DNA of 63,975 nt, the filler included, from Welwitschia mirabilis (taxonomy: Eukaryota): the NCBI GenBank assembly GCA_051453625.1. It is 10 parts of one record of this genome, joined end to end, with 100 filler letters (N's around TTAATTAATTAA, not from the genome) between each part and the next. Parts side by side here need not be neighbours in the genome. Positions count along the whole stretch, not along the records: positions 5,824 to 23,137 come from JBOZIK010000001.1; positions 23,238 to 25,793 come from JBOZIK010000001.1; 8 more parts are not named here. One strand, written 5' to 3'. Below are positions 13,262 through 25,893 of this stretch, in pieces. A program made the position numbers and the translations under genes. How positions within the stretch are numbered: the stretch's first letter is position 1; every line of letters starts with the position of its first letter. The notes under the pieces were generated by a model. The model was not told the origin of the DNA. It saw only the letters and a list, made by a program, of their open reading frames with translations, and searched no databases.

Positions 13262-15189
13262 TAGTGAAAGATGCATTTGGCTTGTCATTGACAATCACAT
13301 CTCCACCTCTAGCCCAAATCTTCAACAATCAACTAGTCAATTTGAATCACCAACATGCTATCAATCTTCACATCTGCTCTTCATTGTATTTCAATAACAC
13401 CTTCAATGATGGACAAAACTATAAGACCATAGTTTGATATTCAATAATGTGTCATGGTAAGTCATGCCTCAACAACCACAACCACTTTTTCATGACGTAT
13501 CCAAATTATCCAGCTCTGAAATCATTTTATCTCTATTCAAAATCCTAAACGTCACCATACTTAGCCACTTTCCTCTCCTAAATGTCCAACCCCCCATGTT
13601 GGATGTCTCAACCCTTGTGGACATCCAAAATGACTTAACAACATGTGTGTAAATGTCTTAGGCCATAAAGCAACCCTAAGAGGGTAGCCTAGCAAATCTC
13701 AACAAGTGGCAAGCCTTTAAAAACCTTAAAATCTATTCCAGATATCCCCTTTACTCTTCATTTTTGAATCTGATGTCATTTCGACCATCCACACATCATT
13801 CAAAGTATCTAGGTTATCTTTGTCCTCCACGAATCCAGAGCCAAGAAGATCATCCAAGCTCTAAACCCATTCTACCATCCATAAACCTCGAAAGCAATCA
13901 TTGTGCAATCATTTTGTACATTTTGGATAGCCATGGGGCCTTTTTAATGTTTGTTTTTTAGTAAAAGGATTTTTTTTTTTTTGGTGCAAATTCTACATTT
14001 AGTACATTTTCTAAATATTTTCTACAAAAGATCTATAAGTTTAATATTTTCATCATCAAATTCCTTTGATACATTCTATATATCAAATCTCTTTTATGCA
14101 AATAAATAACAAAATCCTGTGATTCCATCTTGCTTCTATCATTCTAATAATCAAAGACACCCTTAGCATTTTTTAAGTCCCTTTATACTTTGTCCAATCG
14201 ATAGTTCTATATTGGTTGTAGCTAATCTTTTTGTACTCTCTCTTTGAACCTAATAAGAAATGTTAGCAAATTTATCTCTAGAAAGGGAAGAATGAGGGGG
14301 GATCACTCTGAGCATAAAACCTCATCCTTGTCCATATTGAACACCTTAAGTAGTGTTTATCACATAGGGCTTAGAAAACGATGCACTTGTAAAGGGGAAC
14401 CCTTACATAAAGCCATAGCTCAACCTCAACAAGGAGTAATGTTTTGGATTCCACTTGTATCATAAATGAAATCTTAGTTGTGAACAAGGCTTATAACTAT
14501 TCCAACAAACCCTCTAGGATAAGAGGAGTCACCCAACTCTTCTAACTAAGTTTTTGTGTGGTTGTGTACCTTCTACACCCAAGGTAAGAAAAACTACATT
14601 AACAAGTGGGCCATTAGCATAGTATGTATAAATATGACAATGCAATACATGTTAAATGATGAACCCAATCTACAATTCCTATCCCAAGTAGAATTTGTCA
14701 CACACAATCTAGGATTACTCTCCTTCCATATGTCAAAGGGAATGTTCTATAGAAACCATTAAGATGTATCATCCAAAGAAGTATACCCTAAACATCATGG
14801 AACATCCCACATCTATAAATTCCTAGTTACACATAATGGAGATGGAATTAGTATGATCTTTGCTATACTCATTACACTTAGTATCAATGTTCAGTTTATA
14901 TAGGCACTTCATATGACATTATTTTTTTAATATGGAACAACTCTATAATGTATCCATATTGTTTTTCATGTGTTAATTGTAGTGTTCATAAAGGCAGTAG
15001 AATTGTGATTCGCATAATCTGGAACTTCTAATGAGTTCGAATTCTCTAGAAAACTTGTATCTTTTGTATGTAAATCTAAAAATTATAATTTGGAGTGAAG
15101 GGAGTTGAATCCACTTGCATTGATGTTCAAGAAAATGGTTGGTAAATCAGTTTTCAACACAAACACAAGAGAGATGCAACACTAATCAC

Positions 15190-15316
15190 CTGCACAATAA
15201 GTGAAAAGCCTCTGATCACCAAGGTAATTCACTAGGTTAGATCCAAGAGGACAAGTCTTTAGCCATTCATGTTTTGCAGGTACCCATGCTGCAGCTACCT
15301 CCTCGTACAGGCTTAC
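15190..15316 (-). CDS. FKGP: FKGP internal exon (127 nt), absent from the ORF track
   Basis: Manual translation VSLYEEVAAAWVPAKHEWLKTCPLGSNLVNYLGDQRLFTYCA(G) continues the FKGP SLYE..AAWVP..H.WL motif in phase 0 from KKKE. Acceptor ttgcag|, donor GCAG|gtgatt. Confidence 0.92.
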
Positions 15317-15432
15317 CTGCAACATGTGTCATGGATTTCATCTCTTGTGTTAAGCATGAATTAGAGTTTGGAATCCACAAAAACTGGAAAAAAATGAATA
15401 GTAACATAAAATGAAGCTTTTAAAATATCTCT

Positions 15433-15562
15433 TTATCCTATCTTCAGCACTTTTCCAAATAGGAAATCATAATCTATATCTAAAACAATTTGTCGTATTA
15501 TCCTATCTTCAGCACTTTTCCAAATAGGAAATCATAATCTATATCTAAAACAATTTGTCGTA
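15433..15562. repeat. Perfect 65-bp tandem duplication
   Basis: ttatcctatcttcagcac...caatttgtcgta at 15433-15497 and 15498-15562. Confidence 0.95.
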
Positions 15563-18500
15563 TTACAAGGTTTTCAAAATAATTCATTCAATCACATTAC
15601 ATGATGATCATAATTTATTTGGGAAAGCTAAATGTTACAGTGCATTTTTGCAAATTCCTTTTCAATGAAAAATCTTGTACATCCATAATGACACCATTCT
15701 TATGCTCTGTTTTTTTTTTTTTCCAGACTCATCTTCAATTGATATTTGATTAAGAAGCTGTAGTCAAGAAATGTCAATCACAGTAACACGAGCTTCCTGT
15801 TAGAATTTACAAAACACGTCATATTCCTTTTATACTTTCTTGGAAAATGCCAAAATTTCACAATCATTTGGATCTTGATATTTGATAAACATCTCTGCCA
15901 CTTATATACTATTGCAAATCCGAACAGTCTTAAAAAGGAAGCTTGCTTCCATAAAAGATTTAGCATTTGCAGCACTATTAAATTATAAAATATATTTAAT
16001 ACCAAATTACTATTGCAAGGAAGCCACCAGACCTTGGGTTTCTAGTAAAGGTCTGTCTGAGACATAAAGTTGCTGAAAAGCTTTGGATTCCACACTAACC
16101 AAGCTTAATGATATTGCATTTTTTCTAAACTGGTTTACTAAAACTTGAAAACGAAAATAAGAACATTGATGATTATTTCTTTTTTCTTTTCTTTACATGA
16201 TGAAAAATAAATCTAGAAAGTTCTTGTCAGGGCTTTGTACCATTTTTCATGCCATTTTGGTTATAATTTCTCCTTAGTCTCTTACAAAACTAAGTATGTT
16301 TTCTAAGTAAATTATAGATTTTGGTCTAACAAGATAAGACTAACATGCCACCCCAATTAGAATAGCTAGATGCTTTCTTAACTATTAATGTGACAAGCAT
16401 CAGCACAACATTTTTTGTAACCATTGCTGGTCATGCTGAAATACAGGACCAACCAAGGGGGTGGGCAAGGAGTGTGTAGGGTTAATTGTTCATGTCCAGT
16501 GATGGCTAATAAAATCTAACCAGTTAACAATTGTAGATTAGACAGACAATTAAAAACTGCACTGACAAATTATATGTAACTGAAAGCTTAAAAGAAACAA
16601 ACCAGTAGAAAGCAAGGCACACAAGTTTTGAGTGGTTCAAGATAAACCCTACACCTGCTCTTGAAGAATAACCAAGAAGGCAAGAACAAAGGCTATTCCA
16701 TATCTTTGTTACCAAGCGGCAGAAGGTTTTTGCAGTTCACTTTTGACCTTTAAAATTGGGCCTTTTCAGAACAAGTATCAACCTGATCACAATAGCATCT
16801 TGGATTAATGATGTATTAAGCCAAAGATGCTATGAATCATTCAGGATTGAAGAACAGACTTAAGTCTCAGATCTTAGGTGATTACACATGTAGGCATAAA
16901 TGTTTTGCAAAAGAATAAGTGAGCAAGGCGAGTACAAAAGCAAGAATGAGCAAAAATTGTAACCACTGGACAGAAGAGATAGGACATCTTTATATAGAGG
17001 CTCCAAAATATAACTCTTAACTCTTATGAATGTAAGTGACTATAGACATTGTACATTGAACTTTAAGGATTTGATTGATCAAAGGAATCTGACAGTTTAA
17101 ACGAGTCGTAAAGGATTTTAAAATGTGTATTGCTTGAATCTGGACAACCTGATAGGAGATGTGGTCATCCTGATCTAAATCTGATTCCATTAGCAAGCCT
17201 GAGCAGAAACTGAGGTTCCCTGATAAAACATTCGATGGCCCCCATCTGAAGCTAATTTCATTGTCAAACCCAAATTCAACCAATCATTAGTTTCGTTGAC
17301 CTAACCTAAAACAGTTAGACTTTGAAAACTGCTTGGATGCCCCAAGATGAGACATGCTGTCAACCTAACAAGAAACAAAAAAGAAAACTCTTGATTCTTA
17401 GCACTTCCCCACATGTTGTACTAATACTTCACACAAGCGATACCTTGTACTTAAAACCCTGATTCCCCTGTAATCCAGATCTAGTTAACTTGCTACTGGA
17501 TTAGATTGATGTAGTCCTCAGCTAACTCCATTGGATCCTCCACAATGTTTAATGTTGACACAGGCCAGTCATTACATTTTGATGTTCATGTGCAGATTAT
17601 GTTAATTGGATGCAAATTGTATTTCCATTTTCTTAACTAGTACTTTAAATAGATTCACATAAGTAATTTGTTAATGCTACACAAAAACAATTCTTGAGAA
17701 TGTATCAATTTTTTATGTGTTTTTAGAATATTTTTAGGTATCGTATAAAATTTCGAAAACAATTTTAAATAGCTTGACTAAAATTTTAGAAATTTTTGAA
17801 ATTACTTATGCAAACCTTTATGCCTTAGTTTTGATTAGAGCCTCACCAATGGTTAAGAATGCCTTGTGGCATAGGGACATGCTCCTTTACAGTAATTGTA
17901 GGTTCTCAAATACAGCACAGGGAAAACTGAGTCATATTAAACATGTTTCAGGTTGAACTCTCCATAAATATTATTAGACAATTTCATGATAAAATACACT
18001 TAACCAAAGCAAACTCAAAGGAAAGGAAAGGAGGGATAGGTGAGTGTCTGTATTGCTATGTCCTTGATATAGTGATGCTTTTGGTTCAATAGAAGGCCAC
18101 TTCCTAGCTACATCTTTATGAAACTTGACTTTGCATAAGTTTTCCTTAAGCCTTTGCTTAGTGGTAAGGTGATGTGCTTCCTACAATAAAACATGGATTC
18201 AAACCCAACTGTGAGACCTGGTTGACAGCTAATAACAATATTTTAATATGTGTCAGATTGGCAGCTGACTGTAAAAGATGTATCCTAATGGCAACTCCAT
18301 GTTGTCAGGAGAACTTGAAGACAAGAGTTTGTATAAACTTGATAGCACGAACTTCATTGTTAGAAGACTGAAGCTAATGCCTTTAAGATGCATAATTGGA
18401 GAGTTTTCTCCCATATGAAAATCCAAAATTGAATGGTCATAATTATTTGCTTCATCACTAGACATGATTTTGGAGCTAATGCTGGAAAGTTTCAAAACAT

Positions 18501-18640
18501 ATATTTTGCAAGTATCTAGGGTTTTAAGTAAAAGAAGAAAAACACATTTTAATCACAGTAATACAAAGTTCTGCTTCCTTCTGAAAAGGAAAACGTGGGT
18601 TTACATGCTGATTTGTAATTTGTAAACATAACAAACTTAC

Positions 18641-19011
18641 CTCTTTCTTCTTCGATATCAGATCATTAATAAGCATTAGACATGAAGTAGAAAGCTGGAT
18701 CATGTCCATCCATGCTTTACCCCTAACTGCAAAAATTCCAGTGTCAAGAAGCACTTTGCCATCTGATCTTACCGCATGATTGTCAAAAAGCTGTTTCAAG
18801 TTGGGTTTCTGCAAAAGGTTTTCAACTATCTCCAAAGTCTCATTTCCAAACTTATCATTTTTCTTTGTAGATGAAGTTACAATCACACCATGTTTTGCAG
18901 CAATGTCAACTGTAGCAGGTACTGTAACAACACAAGCTCCATCATCTGGCATGACCATGCATGATGAATCGAAACAAGGAAGAACGTCCCCAGTCATGAT
19001 AAAAACACCAC
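18641..19011 (-). CDS. FKGP: FKGP internal exon (371 nt)
   Basis: (G)GVFIMTGDVLPCFDSS...VTVPATVDIAAKHGVIV...NLLQKP...LLDTGIFAVRGKAW...SKKKE. Acceptor tttgtag|GT completes the phase-1 Gly codon from the upstream exon. Donor AAAGAG|gtaagt (phase 0). Confidence 0.93.
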
Positions 19012-22000
19012 CTACAAACATGAGATATAACTAAGCTTAGAGTGAAAAGAGCATTTATATCAACGAATATCACAACTTGTGGATACAAAAATGCAAAAGG
19101 AAACTAATTACTTATGAAAAAATTGCTTTTAAAGTCCTTATAACAATGTGTTCTAATCCATTTCTCATTTATATTCTTTGTAGCTGCTATCCCTCTGAGT
19201 GCCCTTCTTGCTGCTGCCTTTGATCAGCAATCAAAATTTTTTTATTGTCTGTACTTTCACATTTCTATCAATTTTTTCATAATGTTTATTTCTTTTGGGC
19301 AGAAAATGCTGTCATTTTTAATGCAGAAGCATCCCCATGAAATCTATACAGCTTGTGTACTGCTACTCTATTTTAATTTAGAACTTCCACCAATAGTAGA
19401 AAGGTGGGGGTCTTGACTTAAATTTTCAAGTAGATTCTTCAACAGTGTCTATAGCAGTTTATGTGGTTAACCACATGGTTCATGCAGTCAGCTGGACTGA
19501 AATAGGGTTTACACAAAAAGTATCCAAGTGACCACGTAGTATTCACAGTCAACGGAATGTTAACGGAATTCATATGAATGCTATATGGCAACCACCCAGT
19601 TTATCAGAGTGACCCAACTAATAAAAAAGTGAGTTTATGTAGAGTGTCCAAGAAACCAAATAGCTAATGTGGTTAACTAGACTGAACCGCCAAAGGCAAC
19701 TGAATAACATTTGGTTGACCACATCATTTATCCTGCTGCTTAGATGAAGATTTTATATTCAAATAAAAGGAATTCAAAGATTTTGCGCATCCAAATGTTA
19801 GTTTAATCACCTTTGAATGCCTAGGCATGATAAAAATGGTTAGAGAGCAATTAACTAACAGAGATGAAGCATTAGGAAAGCAACTAAATTTCAAGTAGAG
19901 TCCTTTGAGCTTTTTGGAAGAGGAGAAGTCAGAGGTTTATTTTGGTATTCTATTCAAGGCAAATCATCTAATTTAATTAAATATTAAGTTGTAAGTCACA
20001 AATATGTTTTTGATGTACTAAAGGAAGTTTATCATATACAGAACATTTATAAATGACTTTAAATGCTGAAGTAAGGATTTTATGTGAATTTGAGTTTAAA
20101 ATAAAACAACTTTTAAGCAAAGCAAAAATGATTTGGAATTAAAATAACAATTACAGAAAAAATATGAATGATTAATTAATCAGTGATATTACAGCAACTC
20201 AAGGATGATAAGTATAACTTGGACTGTCATTATATGTAAATGCAATTGATACAGTTGTAACTTAAGAGTTTTGGATATTGGGATAATATGTCGCTCCTGG
20301 GAAAGTACATCTCTACAACACTTCTTGCATCTTTTCTTGTCTTCATACAGTTAAAACACTTTTTCCCTTATGTGCTTTATAAGTACTTTATCTTCTACCT
20401 TTTACTTTATCCACAGTTTTCTTGTTATGTCTTTATCCTGGATTCTTCATCATCACTGGAACCAGATACTTTCTTTGAATGTATAGGAAGGTTCAGGTCA
20501 CAACAGATAGGTCACAACTTCACTTAATAAGCTCTCCTATTAGTGAAGTGAACTAGAAACAAATTTGACACAAAATTAGGTTACATATTGTAACCAAGTT
20601 CCACTTTAACTGTACTACGTACTTTCTGTTCTACTGATTCTTCAAGCATCATATTAGATTATTCTAAGTTGTTGGTGTAAATTCATTTCCTTAGGCATGG
20701 AAAGGGAACAACATCTAATTTTTAGGGTGAGCCATCCTAGAACTGAGCCTCGGATAGGCTCTTCGGGATTAGTCTTCTCTCCTCCATAGGTAGCGAAATC
20801 ATGCTTTCGATAGGGCTCGCTCTCAATACAAATCTGGTTAAGAATGCCTTCCTAAAGAAGCCACATATCAGAATAATCAGAGAAGATATAATTATCAAGG
20901 GAGGCTGCACAACTTCTACTTAACAAAGCTCCATATATGATAGGAATATTACCACATAAAAAATCTGTAACACTCATAACTCAAGGATCATAAGCCAATT
21001 GAACTTTAACATCTTTCAGCATACATACTTTTACATTTGTCTGATCTAATTGCACCACTGACTTGTTCTAGTCCTCTAGAGTAAGATCTAACTACTTTGC
21101 AACTTCAAAATGAAGGATGTTGGCAGAAGCTCCTAAGTGAATAAGGCAATTGTGAACATTCTTTTCAAACATCCGCAGGATCACAAAGAAAGGAGCCACT
21201 TTCTTCTTGGCTGTAAAGATGGTGGCCTTTGCCTCCAGCTCTGCTACATTCATCTCTAGGAGAATCCTCTGACCGTTGGGCATNNNNNNNNNNNNNNNNN
21301 NNNNNNNNNNNNNNNNNNNNNNNNNNNNNNNNNNNNNNNNNNNNNNNNNNNNNNNNNNNNNNNNNNNNNNNNNNNNNNNNNNNGGGCATCAGTAGACATA
21401 CAGACTTGAGACAGCTTCTTCATTTGATCTCCGCTCCTTTGAAGAACTTCAAATTTTGAAAGATTTGCCTGACATATCTTGATTTCATCCACAACATCAG
21501 AGGCTGAAATTACTTTCTTCTTCTGTTCTTCTGCTACCTTGCAAGTGCCTTTAGTGGAAGAAAATGCCTACTATCTATCGTCTCATGGAGGAAAGGAAGG
21601 ATCATTAGAGGATTCCTATTTAGCAGCTGTAGGATTCTTGATGGAAGGATTAGACGTGGTTGGGGGCTTCTTCATCTTTCCTTTAGATTTCTTCTCCTTT
21701 GCTTCACTTGGGTTCAGCTTAAGTCCAATAGCCTCTTTATTTGCTACTCTAGCCTTGCTAGTATAAATTGACATTTGGAGAGCTAAATTCTCTTCAGTAG
21801 GGTGCACAGGTTCATTCCCACTCCCATATGGTATCAAGGTGATGTTGACTTCTCCCAAAGCATTAGTAATATCAAAGTACTATGTTCCTTCTGGATGAGA
21901 AGAGGATGCTGAAGAATCACAGGAAGCCCTCATGATCTCCTCCTTACAACCATCCTCTTGGCAATTCTCTCCAGCATGACTCGCAGTTTAATGGAATGGA

Positions 22001-23237
22001 CAAGAATCACGAAATGACACTGCATTTGCATCTTCTCTAGTAGAGTGTATACTTAGTTGCTTAGAATCACAAGCCGGAATAGGGGACCACTTCTTGTAAG
22101 CCCCTCCTCCTTTCCTTGAACTTTTGACTACTATGAAATCTTAAGCTACTTCATATTTTGGGTTTACTTCCTCAACATTCGTCTAAGTGCTTCAATCTCA
22201 CTTCCAGCTTCTGAACTAGAAGAAGCTTTCATCTCAGTGGAAGGTGTCCTTTGGGGAACAGGAATAGGATTGAGTGGTGGATGTGGTAAAGAAGAAACTT
22301 GAGAAGGGGCTTGAGAATCATGGGTAGGAATAGAAGGCAATAGGAATGGTGGTGTAGCAGATGTAGTGGGGACTAGAAGTTGGGGAAGCTGCAAAGAGTG
22401 GGAAGTGGTAAAAGGGGGTGGTGATAGGAAGAGAGGTAATGTTGTGAGGTGGTGGAATGACAAGATTAAGATGGATAGGATGGGGATGACCATAAGAAAT
22501 AACAAGCATCAGCCTCTCCAAGTGGACGATCTCATTCATGAGGGTCTGAAAGGCAATTAAAGTTAGGTTTTGCTCCAAAAAGAAACGAATCAGACCATCG
22601 ACGACTAACTTGTACTCAACCATAACCTAGAAGGCAAAGGACTTGTACTAGACAAGACATTGGTCGTAAACGATCTGGAATGGTTGTTGAATGCTTTGTC
22701 TATCTCTATGTGTTCCTTCTTGATGATGGCAAAATACTAATATAGTGTCTCTAGATCCGTTTGGCCCCAAAATGGCTAAAGAAACACTTAGATGAACTCA
22801 TTCCAGGGGCTAAGGGAAATAGCTAGAAATCACAATTACCAAAGCTGAGCTTCTCCCTTAAGAGAAAGGAGAAAAAATTGACACATGGCATCCTCTTGAT
22901 TAACACCTAGGAAGCAGAGTCCTCTAGTGAAAGTGGTAATGTGATCTTCAAAGGCCAAAGAAGAATGTGGGATCTAGGCTTAAATGAACTTACTGATAGA
23001 AAGATCAGCCCTACAGGGGGATGAATAGGATTGATCTAAAGCGTGAATCAAACTAAAAATAATCTATATTAAAAGATCATTCAATAAAAACAAGCAGATA
23101 AATATATTAAACAACATACAAGATTTCAAATGGATATNNNNNNNNNNNNNNNNNNNNNNNNNNNNNNNNNNNNNNNNNNNNTTAATTAATTAANNNNNNN
23201 NNNNNNNNNNNNNNNNNNNNNNNNNNNNNNNNNNNNN

Positions 23238-23332
23238 TCGCCGGACTCGTCTCTGTGAGTTTGGTGAATCAGACTCGCAGCGAGCAGCGAACTCGCGGAC
23301 TCGCCGGACTCACCGCGAGTCCGACCACACTG
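23238..23332. mobile_element. One end of a young hAT-type MITE (other end in the gap)
   Basis: CpG-rich gactcg/cgagt subterminal repeats ending gagtccgaccacactg, similar to the TIR at 11900/12868. Interrupts the SIRE LTR. Confidence 0.55.
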
Positions 23333-24268
23333 ATTTAGACTGTGTCTTTAACGAGATTCTATTATTCCACGATATGGTTTTCTAGGGTTGCCATAAACCT
23401 TTGAACAGTAATGGATTTTTAGGAGAAATCCAAAAATCTTACACAAAAGCAAAGGTGGAATGTAAGATATGCACAGCTGCACTTAGTCACTTTAGGTTCA
23501 GCTTGAGAAGAATAACTCTGATAGTTAGGTACAACTATGATAGCTTGAAGAAGACAATACAAATCTTACAAGGATATCTCAAAAAATCATTTTGGAGAGA
23601 TTGCTTACACAACATTTTTCACAATAGAAGCAGCCATCCTAAAAGAGACTGTTTGTCTCTTTAAGATGCTAGGGTTTTTTTATTGTTGTGATAGTTAATG
23701 CTAGCTCTTCAATTGCCTAGATGTTCCTCTAACATAGGTGAGATGAACTTAACATTCATATAATTCTAATGGCAAGTTGTTTGATCGACCTTACAAGTAT
23801 TTGATTGATGTGATGAGCAGGTCCCACTGTTTCTAAGAAGTCAATTGATTCAAGCTCAGTCAACCTTAGAATATATGAAGTTGCCCTCAACTCCTCTCAT
23901 CACCCTCTGGAGGTTTAGTCTGTCAATTAAAGGATCAACTGCACTGGATCCAATCGACCTCAAAATTTGTTCAGTCGCCTCAAAAACGTCAGTTTGCTTT
24001 GATAGAACAAATATGAATCCAGTTCGACCAACCTTAGAAAAAGTGAGGTTGCCCTCAGCTACCTCACCTTTAGGATTTGTTTGGTTGCCCTTAGAGCATT
24101 TAGTTTCTTTGATAGGATGAGCACAATGATTCATGTTGCCCTTAGCAAACAAGCAACTAACCCACATACAACACAACTCAGAAGAACACCAAAAGAACTT
24201 TTCCACGAAAGACATTAATGATAAAACTATTTCCAACAAACTCCTCCTTTGTCATTAATGGCAAAACA

Positions 24269-24454
24269 ATGGTCGATGACAGCTTATCCTTGTGATAAGG
24301 TCACAAACATACGGATCCAGAGGTCTAGAGTTCAAACCTCTGTAATGGCGGGAAGCACAAATGGAAGTTTGCATAGGCCCTAGTGTCGTTGGATGTTTGT
24401 GTGGCACAACCTACCTAACTGCCATTACCTCCCCTCCCTAGCAAGGAAAAAAAA
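24269..24454 (+). mobile_element. tRNA-derived SINE
   Basis: Perfect 15-bp TSD ATTAATGGCAAAACA (24254-24268 / 24455-24469), B-box gagttcaaacc (24328-24338), degenerate A-box region agcttatccttgtgataagg, A-rich tail. Confidence 0.85.
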
Positions 24455-25893
24455 ATTAATGGCAAAACACTAGAATAATTTATCACACGCAGCTCCCCTT
24501 TAAAGCAAGTTTAAGAATGCAAAAGCTTCGCTTTAATATGAGCATAAAAATTGAATCACGTAGAAATATTAAATGATCCTTTTTATTAAAGTCAAAAACT
24601 TTGTATATCTGTATTACATATCATTCTTTTATAAAAGTAGAGAAATTAGCAAAAAAAAGGTAAAACTTTTACACTTACATAAAAAACTAAGTATTTATCG
24701 TAGAAGATTGTTTAACTTGATGCTAGGTGGCATGTTTAGTGAAAGTATATGATATTGCTCCCCATTCTGGCATCAATGACAAAAAGATACAAAGAGAAAG
24801 ATAGTAGAGAAGGAAGAAAAAAATTAATCTTCTTCATTATAAGAAAATGATGTTTTAGTTAGAGATTCGGGGTTGCCACTAGGAGATGTGTTAGCAACTA
24901 GAGTGATACTAGCTATAAGAGCTTCTTTGATGTGCTTGGTGAGAGAGTCCAAAGTATGCAGAGAATGAAGAACCTCTAGAGAGTGAGAGGCTTTAAGCTT
25001 GGACTTGGATGAAGAAGCTGGTGGTTTGTTTGTTGCCTCCTTTCTCTTCTTGGAGCTTTCCCTTGATTGCCTTGAAGCCATCTTTGAAGGGGACACAAAG
25101 AGAGATAGAAGAGTTGAAGGAAAGTGAAGGAGAAGATACGAAAAGGAGAATGAACTGCTTGAAAGAAATGGAGGAGGAGAAGAGAAGAGACGAATTTTAA
25201 AGCACAAGAGGTCAGAGAAGGTGAAGATAAGGACAAGGAGGTCATGATGGTGAGTGATGTGAAATCTGATTTTGCATATAAGGAAGATCTTGATGATAGA
25301 GTTTCAGGGAGAAGTACCTTGCCTTGACCCACACACCCATTTATTAAGACTCATTGGACAAGATTTTCTTAATTTTTGATTGACTGGAGCATTAACTATG
25401 TAGTCTCCTGCCTATTCGATTGACCTCATAAACTGTGCAATCGACCCAATGAAAACTCAGGAGAATATTAAAAAACTGAACTGAACTCGGTTGACCCAGG
25501 AAAATATCTAATTGAGCAAATGAAAGGCAGGTTTTACCAAAAAAAAACATCAGGGCTACAGAACTAAATGTTCAGTTGACCAAATGAACACTTTTAATAG
25601 AAGAGTCAATTTTAACAAGAACATCATGAATTTGTACATTGATAGATTCTTCCACATGCAAAGTGCATTTATTATAGGCTCTATATGCCCTAGTTGATGA
25701 TGAGTATCTCAAGAAAATATTATCATCAGATTCTGAGTCACACTTGCCTACGTTCTCATAATCTTTCAATACAAAGCACTTGTTGCCAAAGGTNNNNNNN
25801 NNNNNNNNNNNNNNNNNNNNNNNNNNNNNNNNNNNNNTTAATTAATTAANNNNNNNNNNNNNNNNNNNNNNNNNNNNNNNNNNNNNNNNNNNN

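Noticed and set aside
13262..14860. Possible decayed LINE (DIW..SNP...TW-like on the minus strand; KYLG on the plus strand)
   Set aside because: The motifs are weak and on conflicting strands; cannot be supported without a profile search.
19443..20281. Possible old MITE with gtggttaacc/gaccac subterminal repeats
   Set aside because: TIR match is poor and no TSD was found.
22164..22623. Pro/Ser-rich ORFs as a possible host gene
   Set aside because: They lie between gag- and protease-like remnants of the Tat-like element and are most likely its low-complexity gag linker.
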